Of a stretch of DNA of 64,000 nt, positions 11,301-20,230 are shown one piece after another. Source of the stretch: an uncultured Planctomycetota bacterium (GTDB lineage Bacteria; Planctomycetota; Phycisphaerae; Tepidisphaerales; Tepidisphaeraceae); NCBI GenBank assembly GCA_963841915.1, contig CAWJEN010000006.1:256001-320000 (forward strand). Reading direction: 5' to 3'. The position numbers and the translations under genes were made by a program. Below the pieces are notes generated by a model, which worked only from the letters and a program-made list of their open reading frames with translations, did not search any database and had not been told where the DNA came from. The stretch's first letter is position 1; each line of letters starts with the position of its first letter.

Positions 11301-12164
11301 GATCAGCGGGGTATCGCCCGCAACTTTGGCGATGCTCCCGACATCGGCGCGTTCGAAAGCCGCGGCTTCAACCTCGCCAAGCTCGCCGGCGACAATCAGG
11401 CGGCCGACATCGGCACCGCCTTCAGCGACATCGTTGTCGGCGTCACCAGCGACTTCGGCGAACCGGTCAATGGCGGCCGCATCACCCTCACCGGCCCGGC
11501 CAGCGGTGCGAGCATCTCGCCCAACCCGATCGCCGCCACGATTGCCAACGGCCAGGCCAGCTTCGCCGCCGCGCCCAACGACATCGACGGCAGCTACGAG
11601 GTCACCGCCACCGCGAACGGCGTCGAGATTGGTGTCAGCTTCTCGCTCACCAACGTCGCCGGCGATGTCATCGCCCCCATTGTCACCGACGGCCACTTCG
11701 AGTTTGAAACGCCGCACGCGATCGCCTTCACCTTCAGCGAAGACGTGACCGCCAGCCTCGACCGAAACGAGCTCATCGTCGTGAACACCACGACCAACGA
11801 GACGATTCCGGTCGACGCCCTCGGCTGGGACGGCAACACCGCCTGGTTCGTCTTCGCCGACCAGCTGCCCGACGGCAACTACGTCGCCACCCTGCCCGCC
11901 GGCAGCGTGGAGGACGCGGCCGGCAATGGGCTGGAAAGCGACGTCAACTTCGGCTTCTTCGTCCTCGCCGGCGACGCCAACCGCGACCGAAAGGTCGACC
12001 TCTCTGACTTTGCCATTCTTCGCAACAACTTCGGCACCGATTCGACCTTTAGCCAAGGCGATTTTAACTACGACGGCCGCGTAGACCTCGCCGACTTTGC
12101 CATGCTTCGCGCGAGCTTCGGCAACACCCTTCCAGGCAGCGACGACGACGACGGCCTGTTCTAA
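8397..12164 (+). CDS. Large extracellular protein: planctomycete leader, FG-GAP repeats, L-type lectin-like domain, choice-of-anchor-Q-like region, Ig-like domain and dockerin-like tail
   Basis: ETLEQRKLL; DFNGDGILDVA / DINGDG / DLDGDG repeats; GADGFTI and AYFGFTG; GSLAIDA...DQRG...PDIGAFE; GDANRD...GDFNYDG. Confidence 0.88.
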   Translation: MTARRSTTMPATEASVRRRPVVETLEQRKLLTLMLGDPQISNPGFEIGAMETADFNGDGILDVAVVETVTRYSQPGDGVVKIGLGDGTGSFEFGTGYEVILEIPTNQSYVVNLTVGDINGDGHQDLAGAHALDNGIFYMINRGDGSFFTPSHYITRGERPNNPRLADINGDGYADIFFVSNSDTQGHAAILYGNPDGFDDNRRVIFTGEEAIGTYIGDINGQGTLDIGVMTTNSAASANDRITTFLSFFGPEYNFALAQELNGHAQFVKAAETDQNPRGELYFSSSDRRALGAFPDFLDPVIRTFPAGNEPRKFDVGDLDGDGNADLVTQAGFSSGSILFLPGNGDVTFGAPTTLHTYTSPQGSGIALVDLDGDGDNDLLHAEGRNVHALRTLNEAPTVDFSTPHVTRYTNQGVVDLFAATNPNTGGGTFSGPGVTNNRLDPAALQPGTYTLEYTLSDGFGTPSTTTLPVVIRGENRSLHVTQTADADNHNDYQTSLREAVQFANVVPAATDFSVHEWMFNGSAFSQGDTLTLTTNQQGQAGSAWMQEAVNVRDFTASFTYDQDRGADGADGFTITLHGNDLNAVGGSGGGLGYAGIGNSIALAFNIYADATPGFAMLLNGNVSGGYTPLGGGISLTNGQPIDITVRGTINNLLLTLTQGSNTWTTSTPGAANFTGSAAAYFGFTGATGAGTARQTITNLNVQSQPLTRTVTFDSALAGQTFVLNQGWNAASDHSAFAIDGNVAIDGGDAGLTFVIDDATDRRHFTVNGGGNLRLNRLNLTGGFGDFGGSIWNHGSFSAHNSAFFGNRATQEGGAIQSWGGSTSLYLNNVTLAGNTSDSTAGALGTGAATSGLEHVTIVDNTAAANGGSVLIYQTDLYVGNSIIARNVNDGVVVNGDGSGKLRFNSHDNLLGIGNWPNVTDGQNGNRLQVTSGDLLMTTLGDFGGPTSTLALLPGSLAIDAAAGGAAIDQRGIARNFGDAPDIGAFESRGFNLAKLAGDNQAADIGTAFSDIVVGVTSDFGEPVNGGRITLTGPASGASISPNPIAATIANGQASFAAAPNDIDGSYEVTATANGVEIGVSFSLTNVAGDVIAPIVTDGHFEFETPHAIAFTFSEDVTASLDRNELIVVNTTTNETIPVDALGWDGNTAWFVFADQLPDGNYVATLPAGSVEDAAGNGLESDVNFGFFVLAGDANRDRKVDLSDFAILRNNFGTDSTFSQGDFNYDGRVDLADFAMLRASFGNTLPGSDDDDGLF

Positions 12165-12223
12165 TCGGCCCACCTCAATCCCTCTGCCGACACCAAACTC
12201 GGTGTCCCCGGCGGCGACGAATT

Positions 12224-14083
12224 GTTTCCGTCGCCGCCGAGGTTCACGGGTACGCCGCCGATCCGGAGGACGACCGCCTCACGCTGTTCTACGTCGTCGA
12301 CGCGACTGCCGATGAGCCGCTCGGCACGCCCGTCGCGGTCCCGACAACGCCGAAGGCGGAGGTAGACCACGGCATCCGCCGACTGCTCGCGTTCGTGAAG
12401 CTCGGCCGCGACGATCGGCATGACATCGAGCAGTCACTGCCGGCGGCCGAGCTGGCGGAGATGGTGCGTGGGGCCTCGGCCAACGGTGTCCGCCTCGTCC
12501 TCCAAGTGCTCACGACCGGTCGCCTGACGGATCGGGCAATTGCCGCGGGCGACGGCCGCGACGCCGAGTGCGAGGTGTCGGACGTGGTGCGCCTGATGCG
12601 GGTGCTCGGCGGCGTCCGCGACGGGACCACCGACGTCGATTTCGAGTCTGACCACGGCGGACCGCTCCCGTGCCTCGTAACGCCGCCGGCGGCTGACGGG
12701 TTGCGCGTCCTGCTCACGTGCTTGCCTGACGAGCTATTGGCGGCCGTCTACAACCGCCACCGTTCAGCACTGCTGGAACGGAACGTCAGAACGTTCCTGC
12801 AGTTTGCCGGCAAAGTAAGTAAATGCATTCGCGACACACTGTTGAACGAGCCGCAGAGGTTCCTGCCATACAACAGCGGCCTGTCCGCGACCGCCCGCGA
12901 GGTAAATCTCACGGAGGGGGAGAGTGGCGTTGGCCGCATACGTTCGGCCGTCGATTTCCAGATCGTCAACGGCGCTCAGACGACCGCCTCCATTGCCGCA
13001 GCAGCTCGGAGGGCCAAAGCGGACCTCTCGGACGTCGTAGTGCCAATGAAGCTGACGGTCGTGCCGGCGAGTCGGATCGACGAGCTCGTGCCGAAGATCT
13101 CGCGCTACGCTAACACGCAGAACCGCGTGCAGGACTCGGACTTCAGTGCCAACGAGCCTTGGCACGTCGGCGTTGAGCGGCTTTCGAGGGACACTTGGCC
13201 AAAGCCGACTGAGGCGGCCCCACGAGTCGCGCGTTGGTTTTACAAACGGTCTCGCGGCCAGTACCGCGACGAGTTGGCTGCGTGTGGCACGACGGCGACT
13301 CGAAAGAGGTTCCGCGCGGAGAACCCGCCAAGTCAGAAGCTCACGAAGACCGATCTCGCCAAATATCTGTCGAGTTGGGACCAGTACCCGCACGTCGTCA
13401 GTCGCGGAGCGCAGAAGTGCTTCCTGGATTTCATGCAGCGGCTCGGGTCGGCAGCACGACGGCATCCGAAGCCCGAGGAATTTCGCCGCTACGTCGCGCT
13501 GGCGATCCTGTTCCGCCGAGCCGAGCGATTGCGTGGCGAGATGGACTATTAAGAGAATCGCGGCAGTGTCGTCACCTATGCCGTTGCGGCACTGTCGCGT
13601 ATAGGCTCGCGGCGGTAGGACGTCGCGGGCATCTGGTCGGCCCAGCGGTTGCCGAATGACTTGGAGGCTGCGCTGCGGATCGTTCTGACAGGGGTGCGAG
13701 ATATCGTCACGAATCCGCCGACCAGGTACCGCAATGTCACGGAGTGGAGCAAGCGGCCGGAATGCTGGGACCGCGTGATGGACACTCCTTTTGATGTCCG
13801 GTCATGGCGGTCAGACGACGAAGCGGTCAGCGCGGTTGTTCCCGAGACAAACGCTCCCGTGGCGACGGCAGTCGAGCAGGAGATGATTGCGGCCGCCGCC
13901 GGCATCTCGGGTGACGTGTGGTTTGCTGTGTCAAAGTGGGCGAAGGAGACCGACAGCCTCGCGTCATGGCAACGGAGCATTGCTTTCTCACTGGGGAAGC
14001 TCTCCGCCAGCGGTCGAAATCCCTCTTCGAAGCAGGCGCGACAGGGCCGGAAGCTTTTGCTGGATTTAGCAATCCACAGCTAA
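12224..14083 (+). pseudogene. AIPR (abortive infection phage resistance) family pseudogene
   Basis: LLERNVRTFLQ, QIVNGAQTTASI, ISRYANTQN and WFYxRxRGQY motifs; no 5' start; in-frame TAA (13550) and TAG (13616), with homology continuing in the same frame. Confidence 0.85.
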
Positions 14084-14294
14084 ACATCGAACAAATCGAC
14101 GCGATCCGAACGGCGGACGGTTGAGCCATTGCCTGCCCGAAGCGGGGGCATCTTTCCTGTTATGGCGGAAGCGTGAACTACTGCTACCTGTTGAGAGTAG
14201 ATTGAACCGCGCGTGGCAGGTCAACTTCGTCCTATGCCGCCCACTGTGGTGTTGAGAATGAAGAGCGGCGGCCGGGTGGTGTCGGGGCCGCCGC

Positions 14295-14876
14295 GTGGAT
14301 GTGGGTTGGAGATTGGTGTCAGCCGGCCTTCGGTCGTCGCCGGCAGGTGTAGCACGGGCCGTCGTGCGGGCAAATCCGCTGCGGCTCATGACGCGCCTGC
14401 CGACGATGATCACGGCTGCCCTCTCGGTCATCCTCGTGCTCTTCTTCAGCGCCGAGGTCTGGGACGTCGGCAGCACGGTCGAGCTGTACCAACTCGCCAT
14501 TCTCTCGCTCATCGCCGTCGGCACCGCCACCGTCGTGCTCTACCGCTCGTTCGCCTTCAGCGGCGTGCTCACCCGCGGCCGCGTGCTGGCGGAGTCGACC
14601 GTCGTCACCAGCGCCGCCACCGCGCTGAGCGTCTTCCTCACCATGCTGCTCTTGTTTCTCTGCTTTACGGGATTGGCCTACCTCGGGGCCATCACTGTTT
14701 TTCCCCGCAAGCTGATGGAGACCTGGCCGACGGTCGACCCGGCGGTCCGCACGCTCGACCACGTGAAGCTCGGCATGTTCATCGCCGCCCTCGGCGTCCT
14801 CGCCGGCTCCCTCGGCGGCCGGGCCGACAGCAAAGACCTCGTCCGCACCGTGCTCTTCATCGACGAAGAGACCTAG
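14295..14876 (+). CDS. Hypothetical multi-pass membrane protein, probably 5'-truncated
   Basis: Four hydrophobic segments and strong GC3 bias from about 14355; no convincing start. Confidence 0.55.
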   Translation: MDVGWRLVSAGLRSSPAGVARAVVRANPLRLMTRLPTMITAALSVILVLFFSAEVWDVGSTVELYQLAILSLIAVGTATVVLYRSFAFSGVLTRGRVLAESTVVTSAATALSVFLTMLLLFLCFTGLAYLGAITVFPRKLMETWPTVDPAVRTLDHVKLGMFIAALGVLAGSLGGRADSKDLVRTVLFIDEET

Positions 14877-14885
14877 CCCCCTGCG

Positions 14886-16385
14886 CTACACCGCCACCCA
14901 GAGGCTCACGCTGCCGCCGCGGCAGTGGAACTCGGCCATGCCCTCGTCGTCCGTCGTGACCGGCTCGATCACGCTCCCCGTGATGTCGCGGTAGGTGCAC
15001 TTGCCGCGGAACGTCTTCATCGTCTTGAACGCGTCGTCGCCGACGCTCATCAGCACGACCAAGCTGCCCGGGTGCACGTCGTCGCCGCTCCAGACCCAGC
15101 CGACGCACTGGGGGTGGTCGAAGTAGTCGTGCTGATCGCCCCACGTCAGGCGCTTCCGCACGCCGAGCATGTCGTCGATGAGCTTCCGGTGGCTCGTGAG
15201 CGGCGTGTGTTCGCCCGAGTTCCCGAAGTAGTCGCCGTAGAAGACGCACGGGTAGCCGTCGTGCCGCAGGAGGATCAGCGCGTACGCGAGCGGCTTGAAC
15301 CAGTCGTCGATCCAGCTCTCCAGGCTCTGCCCCGGCTGCGTGTCGTGGTTGTCGACGAACGTCACCGTCATCAGCGGGTTCGCCTGCAAGAGGCTCCCGT
15401 CGAAGATCGTCCGCAGATCGAAGTCGCGCCCGGCCTTGCTCGCTTCCATGAACCGGAAGTGCAACGGCACGTCGAGCAGCCGCATCACGCCCTCCGTCAC
15501 CTCCAGGTACTTCTGTAGCTCGGCCACGTCGGCGCTCCAGTACTCGCCGACGCCGAACAGGTCGCGGTCGCCGAAGTGCGTGCGCAGGTGGTTGAACCAG
15601 TCGCGGTAAAAGCTCGCCGGGATGTGTTTGACCGCGTCGAGCCGGAACCCGTCGAGGCCCGCCGTGTCGACGATCCACCGGCCCCAGTGGAACAGGTCGT
15701 CCCGCACCGCCTCGTGATAAAGGTCGACGTCGCACCCCATGAGGTAGTCGAAGTTGCCGTGCTCGATCGACACCTCGCCGCTGAAGCTTCGATCGGCCGC
15801 GTGGTAGACGTGCTGCACGCCGTTCTCGTCTTCGAGGCCGAAGCCGCCGAAGTGCTCGGCGGTGTACGTCATCTCGCTGTACTGCCCGCCGCGGCCGGCG
15901 AAGTCGAACCGGCTCCAGACGCGGATCTCCTGCTCGCCGCCGACGTCGGTCGAGCGGTCGCTTTTGTCCACCTCGACGACGCGGATCGTCTCCTCGCCGT
16001 CGGCCCCCATGCGGTGGTTGAAGACGACGTCGGCGTAGGCGAACATGCCCGCCTCCTTCACCGCCGCGACGGCCGCGAGGTACTGCTCGCGCGTGCCGTA
16101 CCGGGTGGGGACGCTGCCCTTCTGGTCGAACTCGCCCAGGTCGTAGAGGTCGTAGACGCCATACCCGACGCCGTTCGGCCCGTTCATGTCCTTGTAGGCC
16201 GGCGGCATCCAGACGGCCGTGACGCCGAGGTTCGCCAGCTCGACGGCCCGCCCGCCCAGCTCGTCCCACAGCGTCCCGCCTTCGGGCCCGTTCCACTCGA
16301 AGTACTGGAACATGACGCTGCGCGTGGCGGGGGAGGAGGTATCACGCTTCGGAGCGGCAACCGGGTCGGCCTGGAGGTTGGGCAT
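14886..16385 (-). CDS. amyA: Alpha-amylase (GH13, AmyA/liquefying type)
   Basis: MFQYFEW, YDLYDLGEF, DVVFNH, GFRLDAVKH, VGEYWS and FVDNHDTQ conserved regions. Confidence 0.93.
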   Translation of the reverse strand: MPNLQADPVAAPKRDTSSPATRSVMFQYFEWNGPEGGTLWDELGGRAVELANLGVTAVWMPPAYKDMNGPNGVGYGVYDLYDLGEFDQKGSVPTRYGTREQYLAAVAAVKEAGMFAYADVVFNHRMGADGEETIRVVEVDKSDRSTDVGGEQEIRVWSRFDFAGRGGQYSEMTYTAEHFGGFGLEDENGVQHVYHAADRSFSGEVSIEHGNFDYLMGCDVDLYHEAVRDDLFHWGRWIVDTAGLDGFRLDAVKHIPASFYRDWFNHLRTHFGDRDLFGVGEYWSADVAELQKYLEVTEGVMRLLDVPLHFRFMEASKAGRDFDLRTIFDGSLLQANPLMTVTFVDNHDTQPGQSLESWIDDWFKPLAYALILLRHDGYPCVFYGDYFGNSGEHTPLTSHRKLIDDMLGVRKRLTWGDQHDYFDHPQCVGWVWSGDDVHPGSLVVLMSVGDDAFKTMKTFRGKCTYRDITGSVIEPVTTDDEGMAEFHCRGGSVSLWVAV

Positions 16386-16577
16386 GTGGGTCCGCGGACG
16401 ATACGAGACGCCGGCCCACGCCGTAAGCGGCGAAGTCCGACCGCCCGACCGCGACGCCGCCGGTTGGGGCCTGTGCGCCCGCAGCCGCAATCGCACGCCG
16501 GACGTCGGCAGCGATCCCGCCCACCCCGACCTCTCCGCCCGCGACGCGGCGGTGGTGGGGTAACGGTCATGGTGAGA

Positions 16578-16603
16578 GGGTGCCACTACACAAGGTGTAG
16601 TAA
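16578..16603 (+). repeat. Variant REP-like palindrome (family A)
   Basis: GGGTG-CCACTACAC-AAG-GTGTAGTAA, compared with family A GGGTG-CCACGACAC-NNN-GTGTCGTGG. Confidence 0.6.
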
Positions 16604-16642
16604 TCGACCCTGCCGCCAATCGAATCCACCACACTTCGTATA

Positions 16643-18229
16643 ATGGCACCCGCTCCTCCTCTACCCGAACGCATGTACGAATACGAGCTACAACTGGACT
16701 TCGACACGTGGCGCGGCGACGACAACGAGGACATCAACACTTTTCTCGAACGTCGCAAGCGGGTGAACGAGTGGCTGACGCCGCGGCTCAAGAAGTTCGA
16801 GCAAAGGGAAGGAGAGCGGATTGGCAACCGCTATCTGCCCAACGAGCAAACCTGCCGGGCGGCGCCTGACCTGCTGCGGGCGATGCCGGAGGAGCCCGAC
16901 GCCCGCGTCGGCTTTGCCAAGCTCCGCGCCAAGCAGCCGCTGGATCAGGCCGAGTGGTTCATCGTTTGGCCGGGGTTCGAGGATCTGCCGATCGATTCCA
17001 AGGCCGACGGCACGATCTGCATGAAGGGCGATCGCGTGAAGGGCCGCAAGCCGCTGCGGCGCTACAGCGACTGGCTGTTCCTCGGCGAGAAGTTCGTGAC
17101 GTTCCTGGAGAAGAACGGCGTCACTGGCCTCGACACGCTCTCGTGTCCTGACACCGGCAAGTACGCCGCGCCGCAGTGGTGGGTGCCGGTGCCCACAAGT
17201 TTTGTTGGCCGCGGCGTCGATCATCCTTGGTTCGATCCGACGACACGCGGGCAGTTCAAGGAAGAAGGTTACCTCGAAGTCCAGCCGACCGACCCGAAGT
17301 GGAAGATTGGCGTGCGCAAGTGGGCGCTAGCTCAGAGCCGACCTATCCATACAGGGCTCACGGCGCTCGACGCACTCTTCGAAGCGTTGCGTGAGTTCGA
17401 ACCGAACTACCGCATTACCCTTTCCACGCCTCACCGCCTTTTGCGGGCGCACCTGCCGGAGACCGACTTCGCGTATCTCCGCGTCGCAGCCCCGTTCGAG
17501 CGGGAGGCTCAGCGGCTCGACAGCGTTCGCCTTTGCTGCTCGGCGACCATGCGGGAAACTCTGGTGAACGAGCGCCTCGCCCTGCCGACGGATTTCGTCG
17601 GGCTTGAGGTAGTCGATGGTCCCGGCGACTCACCCGTCTTCGACGACCAACCGCCGCCACCGTACGCGTGGGACGTCAAGGAGCGGGCCCGGCGGGAGGA
17701 GGCGGTCGAGCGGATGCGAGAGAAGCTGGCGAAGAAGCCCAAGCCCGAGCGACCTGTCACGCCTCTGCCGATCTCCAAGCTCGTGCCGAAGATCAAGCGT
17801 GTGGTGAAACGCCAGACTGGCGAGAAGGCGGCTAAGGGCGCGACCGTCGAGCAGCTCGATGCGGTGGAAGCGAAGATCGGTCGGAAGCTCCCGACGCGCT
17901 GGCGCGAATTGCTCACCGCCATCAATGGGTTTGATATTGACAACAGCGATGCCCTCGATGGCACTGCCGAGCTGCGCATCAGCGATACTGAGCACCTCGC
18001 CGACGTGAACGAGGGCAATCACGAGATGGCCGAGTTACTGGAACTTCGCGACAGCCACATCGGCGTCGGCGACAACGACCTCGGCGACCCGATCTTCCTC
18101 GCCGCCGGCGACGGGGACGGCGACGATTGTCCGGTCATTCATGTCGATCACGAAACAAGCGAAATCGTCATGACTTGGCCAGCGATCGGACTGTTTCTGG
18201 CCGACGCCGTGGAGACCGGGAGCGAATGA
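16643..18229 (+). CDS. Protein with a C-terminal SMI1/KNR4 (SUKH) domain
   Basis: GATVEQLDAVEAKIGRKLP..WRELL..ING ... GDNDLGD ... PVIHVDHE. Confidence 0.8.
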   Translation: MAPAPPLPERMYEYELQLDFDTWRGDDNEDINTFLERRKRVNEWLTPRLKKFEQREGERIGNRYLPNEQTCRAAPDLLRAMPEEPDARVGFAKLRAKQPLDQAEWFIVWPGFEDLPIDSKADGTICMKGDRVKGRKPLRRYSDWLFLGEKFVTFLEKNGVTGLDTLSCPDTGKYAAPQWWVPVPTSFVGRGVDHPWFDPTTRGQFKEEGYLEVQPTDPKWKIGVRKWALAQSRPIHTGLTALDALFEALREFEPNYRITLSTPHRLLRAHLPETDFAYLRVAAPFEREAQRLDSVRLCCSATMRETLVNERLALPTDFVGLEVVDGPGDSPVFDDQPPPPYAWDVKERARREEAVERMREKLAKKPKPERPVTPLPISKLVPKIKRVVKRQTGEKAAKGATVEQLDAVEAKIGRKLPTRWRELLTAINGFDIDNSDALDGTAELRISDTEHLADVNEGNHEMAELLELRDSHIGVGDNDLGDPIFLAAGDGDGDDCPVIHVDHETSEIVMTWPAIGLFLADAVETGSE

Positions 18230-18247
18230 GTTCAAGTCGAACGGCGC

Positions 18248-18333
18248 GGTGGCACGGGTCAGGCGGAGCCAGACCCGTGGGCCGGGATCAGACGTGCCCG
18301 ACAAGGGTCTGTCTGCGGCCGACCCGTGCCACC
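18248..18333. repeat. REPIN-like element (family B)
   Basis: Perfect 13-bp terminal inverted repeat GGTGGCACGGGTC...GACCCGTGCCACC; each end is part of a smaller hairpin. Confidence 0.75.
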
Positions 18334-18362
18334 TTGTCCCTGGGCAGCACCTTGCTCGGGCC

Positions 18363-19176
18363 CTACGTCATGATGGGGTCGAAGCCGACAAGGCCCTCGC
18401 GGCGGTTGATGACGGCGTGGGCGACGACGGTGTAGACGGATAGAGGGTCAGCACCGGAATGCCGGCGACGATGCCGAGGCCGACAGCCATCACGTACCAC
18501 TCGATCCCCTCGATGCCGGCGCGGTCGAATTGCCAGCCGCGGGCGTCGATCAGTGACCACGTGTTCGGGTCGCGGCCGGTCGGTTCGAGCAGGAGTTCGC
18601 GGTAGGCGAAGTGGTCGTTCGACAACGCCGTAGTCTCAACGGTGACGAGCCAGAGGCGCCGGCCGTCCCGCGTGGTGAAGTCAAAGATCGTGCCGCTCCA
18701 CTCAGCAGGGGCGGCGTTGTAGGAGCCGGTCGGCACCTTGCCGGTGCTGACGAGGAAAGCGCGGAGGCCGACGAGTTCCTGTGACTCCATGGAGGTCAGT
18801 CGGATGCCGTCGATGACGGCCCGGCCGTCCGAGGCAAGCCGCGCTCCGGCGTCGCTCAGGGCCTTTTCGATGCGCAGGAGGAGACGGAGTACGAGTCGCC
18901 GCCCTTCGGCAGCTTGATGGCCTCGGTCGCGGAGCGCGGCACGATGTCCGTCGCCGCCGCTCCATTGGGCTGCCAACTGGCAGGGTCATAGCGGGTCAGG
19001 CTGTGCAGTTGCGTGGCCTGCCGCACCGCGCGTGCCTCCCCCGTCCGGCTGACGAAATAGCCCCAGTACCCTTTGCTCCAGACCATGCCGACGCCCACCG
19101 CGAGCGTGGCCGTCGCCAGCACGACAACCAGCCAGACCTTCCCCAAGCCCCTTTTCGTCTGCGGGATCCATCGCAT
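18363..19176 (-). pseudogene. Hypothetical membrane protein, apparently frameshifted
   Basis: N-terminal TM ORF (from 19176) and ORF 18368-18976 appear to be one gene broken near 18890; a second possible shift near 18445. Confidence 0.5.
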
Positions 19177-19204
19177 CGACTGCAAGTCTACGGAAAAAGC
19201 AGCC

Positions 19205-19325
19205 GGGTGCCACGACACGCAGTGTCGTGGTGGAACCGTGAGTTCCTCGAATGCTTCGGCCTGGTGGACGGTGTGGGGGCCGGCGTCCGAGGGGGTCTTC
19301 CACGACACTCCGTGTCGTGGCACCC
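19205..19325. repeat. REPIN-like element (family A), copy 1
   Basis: Two inverted CCACGACAC-N3-GTGTCGTGG hairpins (19210, 19300) with outer GGGTG/CACCC tags. Confidence 0.85.
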
Positions 19326-19360
19326 GAGCTTCACCCCGCCATCGGCGGTAACGTTGCCGA

Positions 19361-19738
19361 ATGGCTCAAAGGCGGACTGAGGAGGCAACCGAACCTGGTG
19401 TGAGGCCTTGGGAGCGGCGATGTCTCGCTGCAATTCTGGGCGGATCGGACGAGGCGAGCGACGTGCTGCGGGCACAGGTCGAGGTCGCGACCGTCGTCAG
19501 GCGCGAGTGGAGCGGCTGCGGCGTCTTCACGCACTTCGCCGTGCCGGAGACGGCACCGCGAATACCTGCGTCTGTCCACGTTCTCGGCGGTGAGATTGCC
19601 GGCTTTCTCCCGACCGAGCGCGAGCCGTTCTGCTGTTTCGTCCTCTTCGTCAGAAACGGTCGCCTCGACATGCTGGAGGCGGCCGCCTTTGGCGACGACT
19701 GGATCGATGATGAGGAACGCCTGATCATCCGCGGTTGA
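19361..19738 (+). CDS. Small conserved hypothetical protein (immunity-protein-like)
   Basis: LRAQ..A.V..RE.SG.G.FT.F.V ... FVLFV..GRL..LE pattern; the ORF exactly fills the space between two REPINs. Confidence 0.65.
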   Translation: MAQRRTEEATEPGVRPWERRCLAAILGGSDEASDVLRAQVEVATVVRREWSGCGVFTHFAVPETAPRIPASVHVLGGEIAGFLPTEREPFCCFVLFVRNGRLDMLEAAAFGDDWIDDEERLIIRG

Positions 19739-19764
19739 GTAGGTCGTGCTTCAGCCCGGTGCCC

Positions 19765-19884
19765 GGTGCCACGACACGCCGTGTCGTGGTGGAACCTTGA
19801 GGTCGGTGAGCGGGTCGGATCTGGACTCGATGCGGGCGCGGGGGTTCGGGAAGGTCTTCCACGACACTCCGTGTCGTGGCACCC
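19765..19884. repeat. REPIN-like element (family A), copy 2
   Basis: Hairpins at 19769 and 19859, with the same 90-bp offset as copy 1 and shared TGGAACC and GGTCTT flanks. Confidence 0.85.
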
Positions 19885-19941
19885 AACTGCCGGGGCCTGT
19901 GGGTCTTGCCTCGGCGTAACGATCTGCTTCTTCGTCGCGTC

Positions 19942-20151
19942 GTCGCGGACGCGGCGGGCGGGTGCGGCAACGCAGCGGGCGTTGGTTCCGATGCTCAAGG
20001 CGGCGTTGTCGACGGGGCTTTCGTTTGTGCAGACGGAGGCCGCGGGGTGTCGGACGGGGCGGGCGGGTGCGTCGACGGATGCCGGGTCTGCGGCGGCGGA
20101 AGGTCCGAGTTGATCGACGGGGGAAAGGTGGGTGGCGACGTGAGTCGATGA
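19942..20151 (+). repeat. Degenerate 21-bp tandem array, about 10 units
   Basis: GACG-like core at 19948, 19969, 19990, 20011, 20032, 20053, 20074, 20095, 20116 and 20137; units 1 and 6 match at 18/21. Confidence 0.7.
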
Positions 20152-20230
20152 ACGGCAAAGAGCGGGCGGCGCGTGTCGTGTGGGATGCGTGTGGCGGCCC
20201 GAAGACCGTTCGACAACCGCGAGGCAAATC

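Noticed and set aside
5780..12173. Very long antisense ORFs (966 aa and 857 aa; likewise 48379-50247, 55885-57234, 58094-59257)
   Set aside because: Shadow frames of high-GC3 genes with no recognisable motifs.
14084..14350. IS end at the junction before the truncated membrane gene
   Set aside because: Only short repeats (TGTTGAGA twice); no transposase or matching second end.
19205..19884. CRISPR array made of the four CCACGACAC-N3-GTGTCGTGG repeats
   Set aside because: Orientation alternates, spacing is 90/469/90 bp, a gene lies between the pairs, and there are no cas genes.
19205..19884. Integron attC sites
   Set aside because: No RYYYAAC...GTTRRRY boxes at the ends, and no integron integrase seen.
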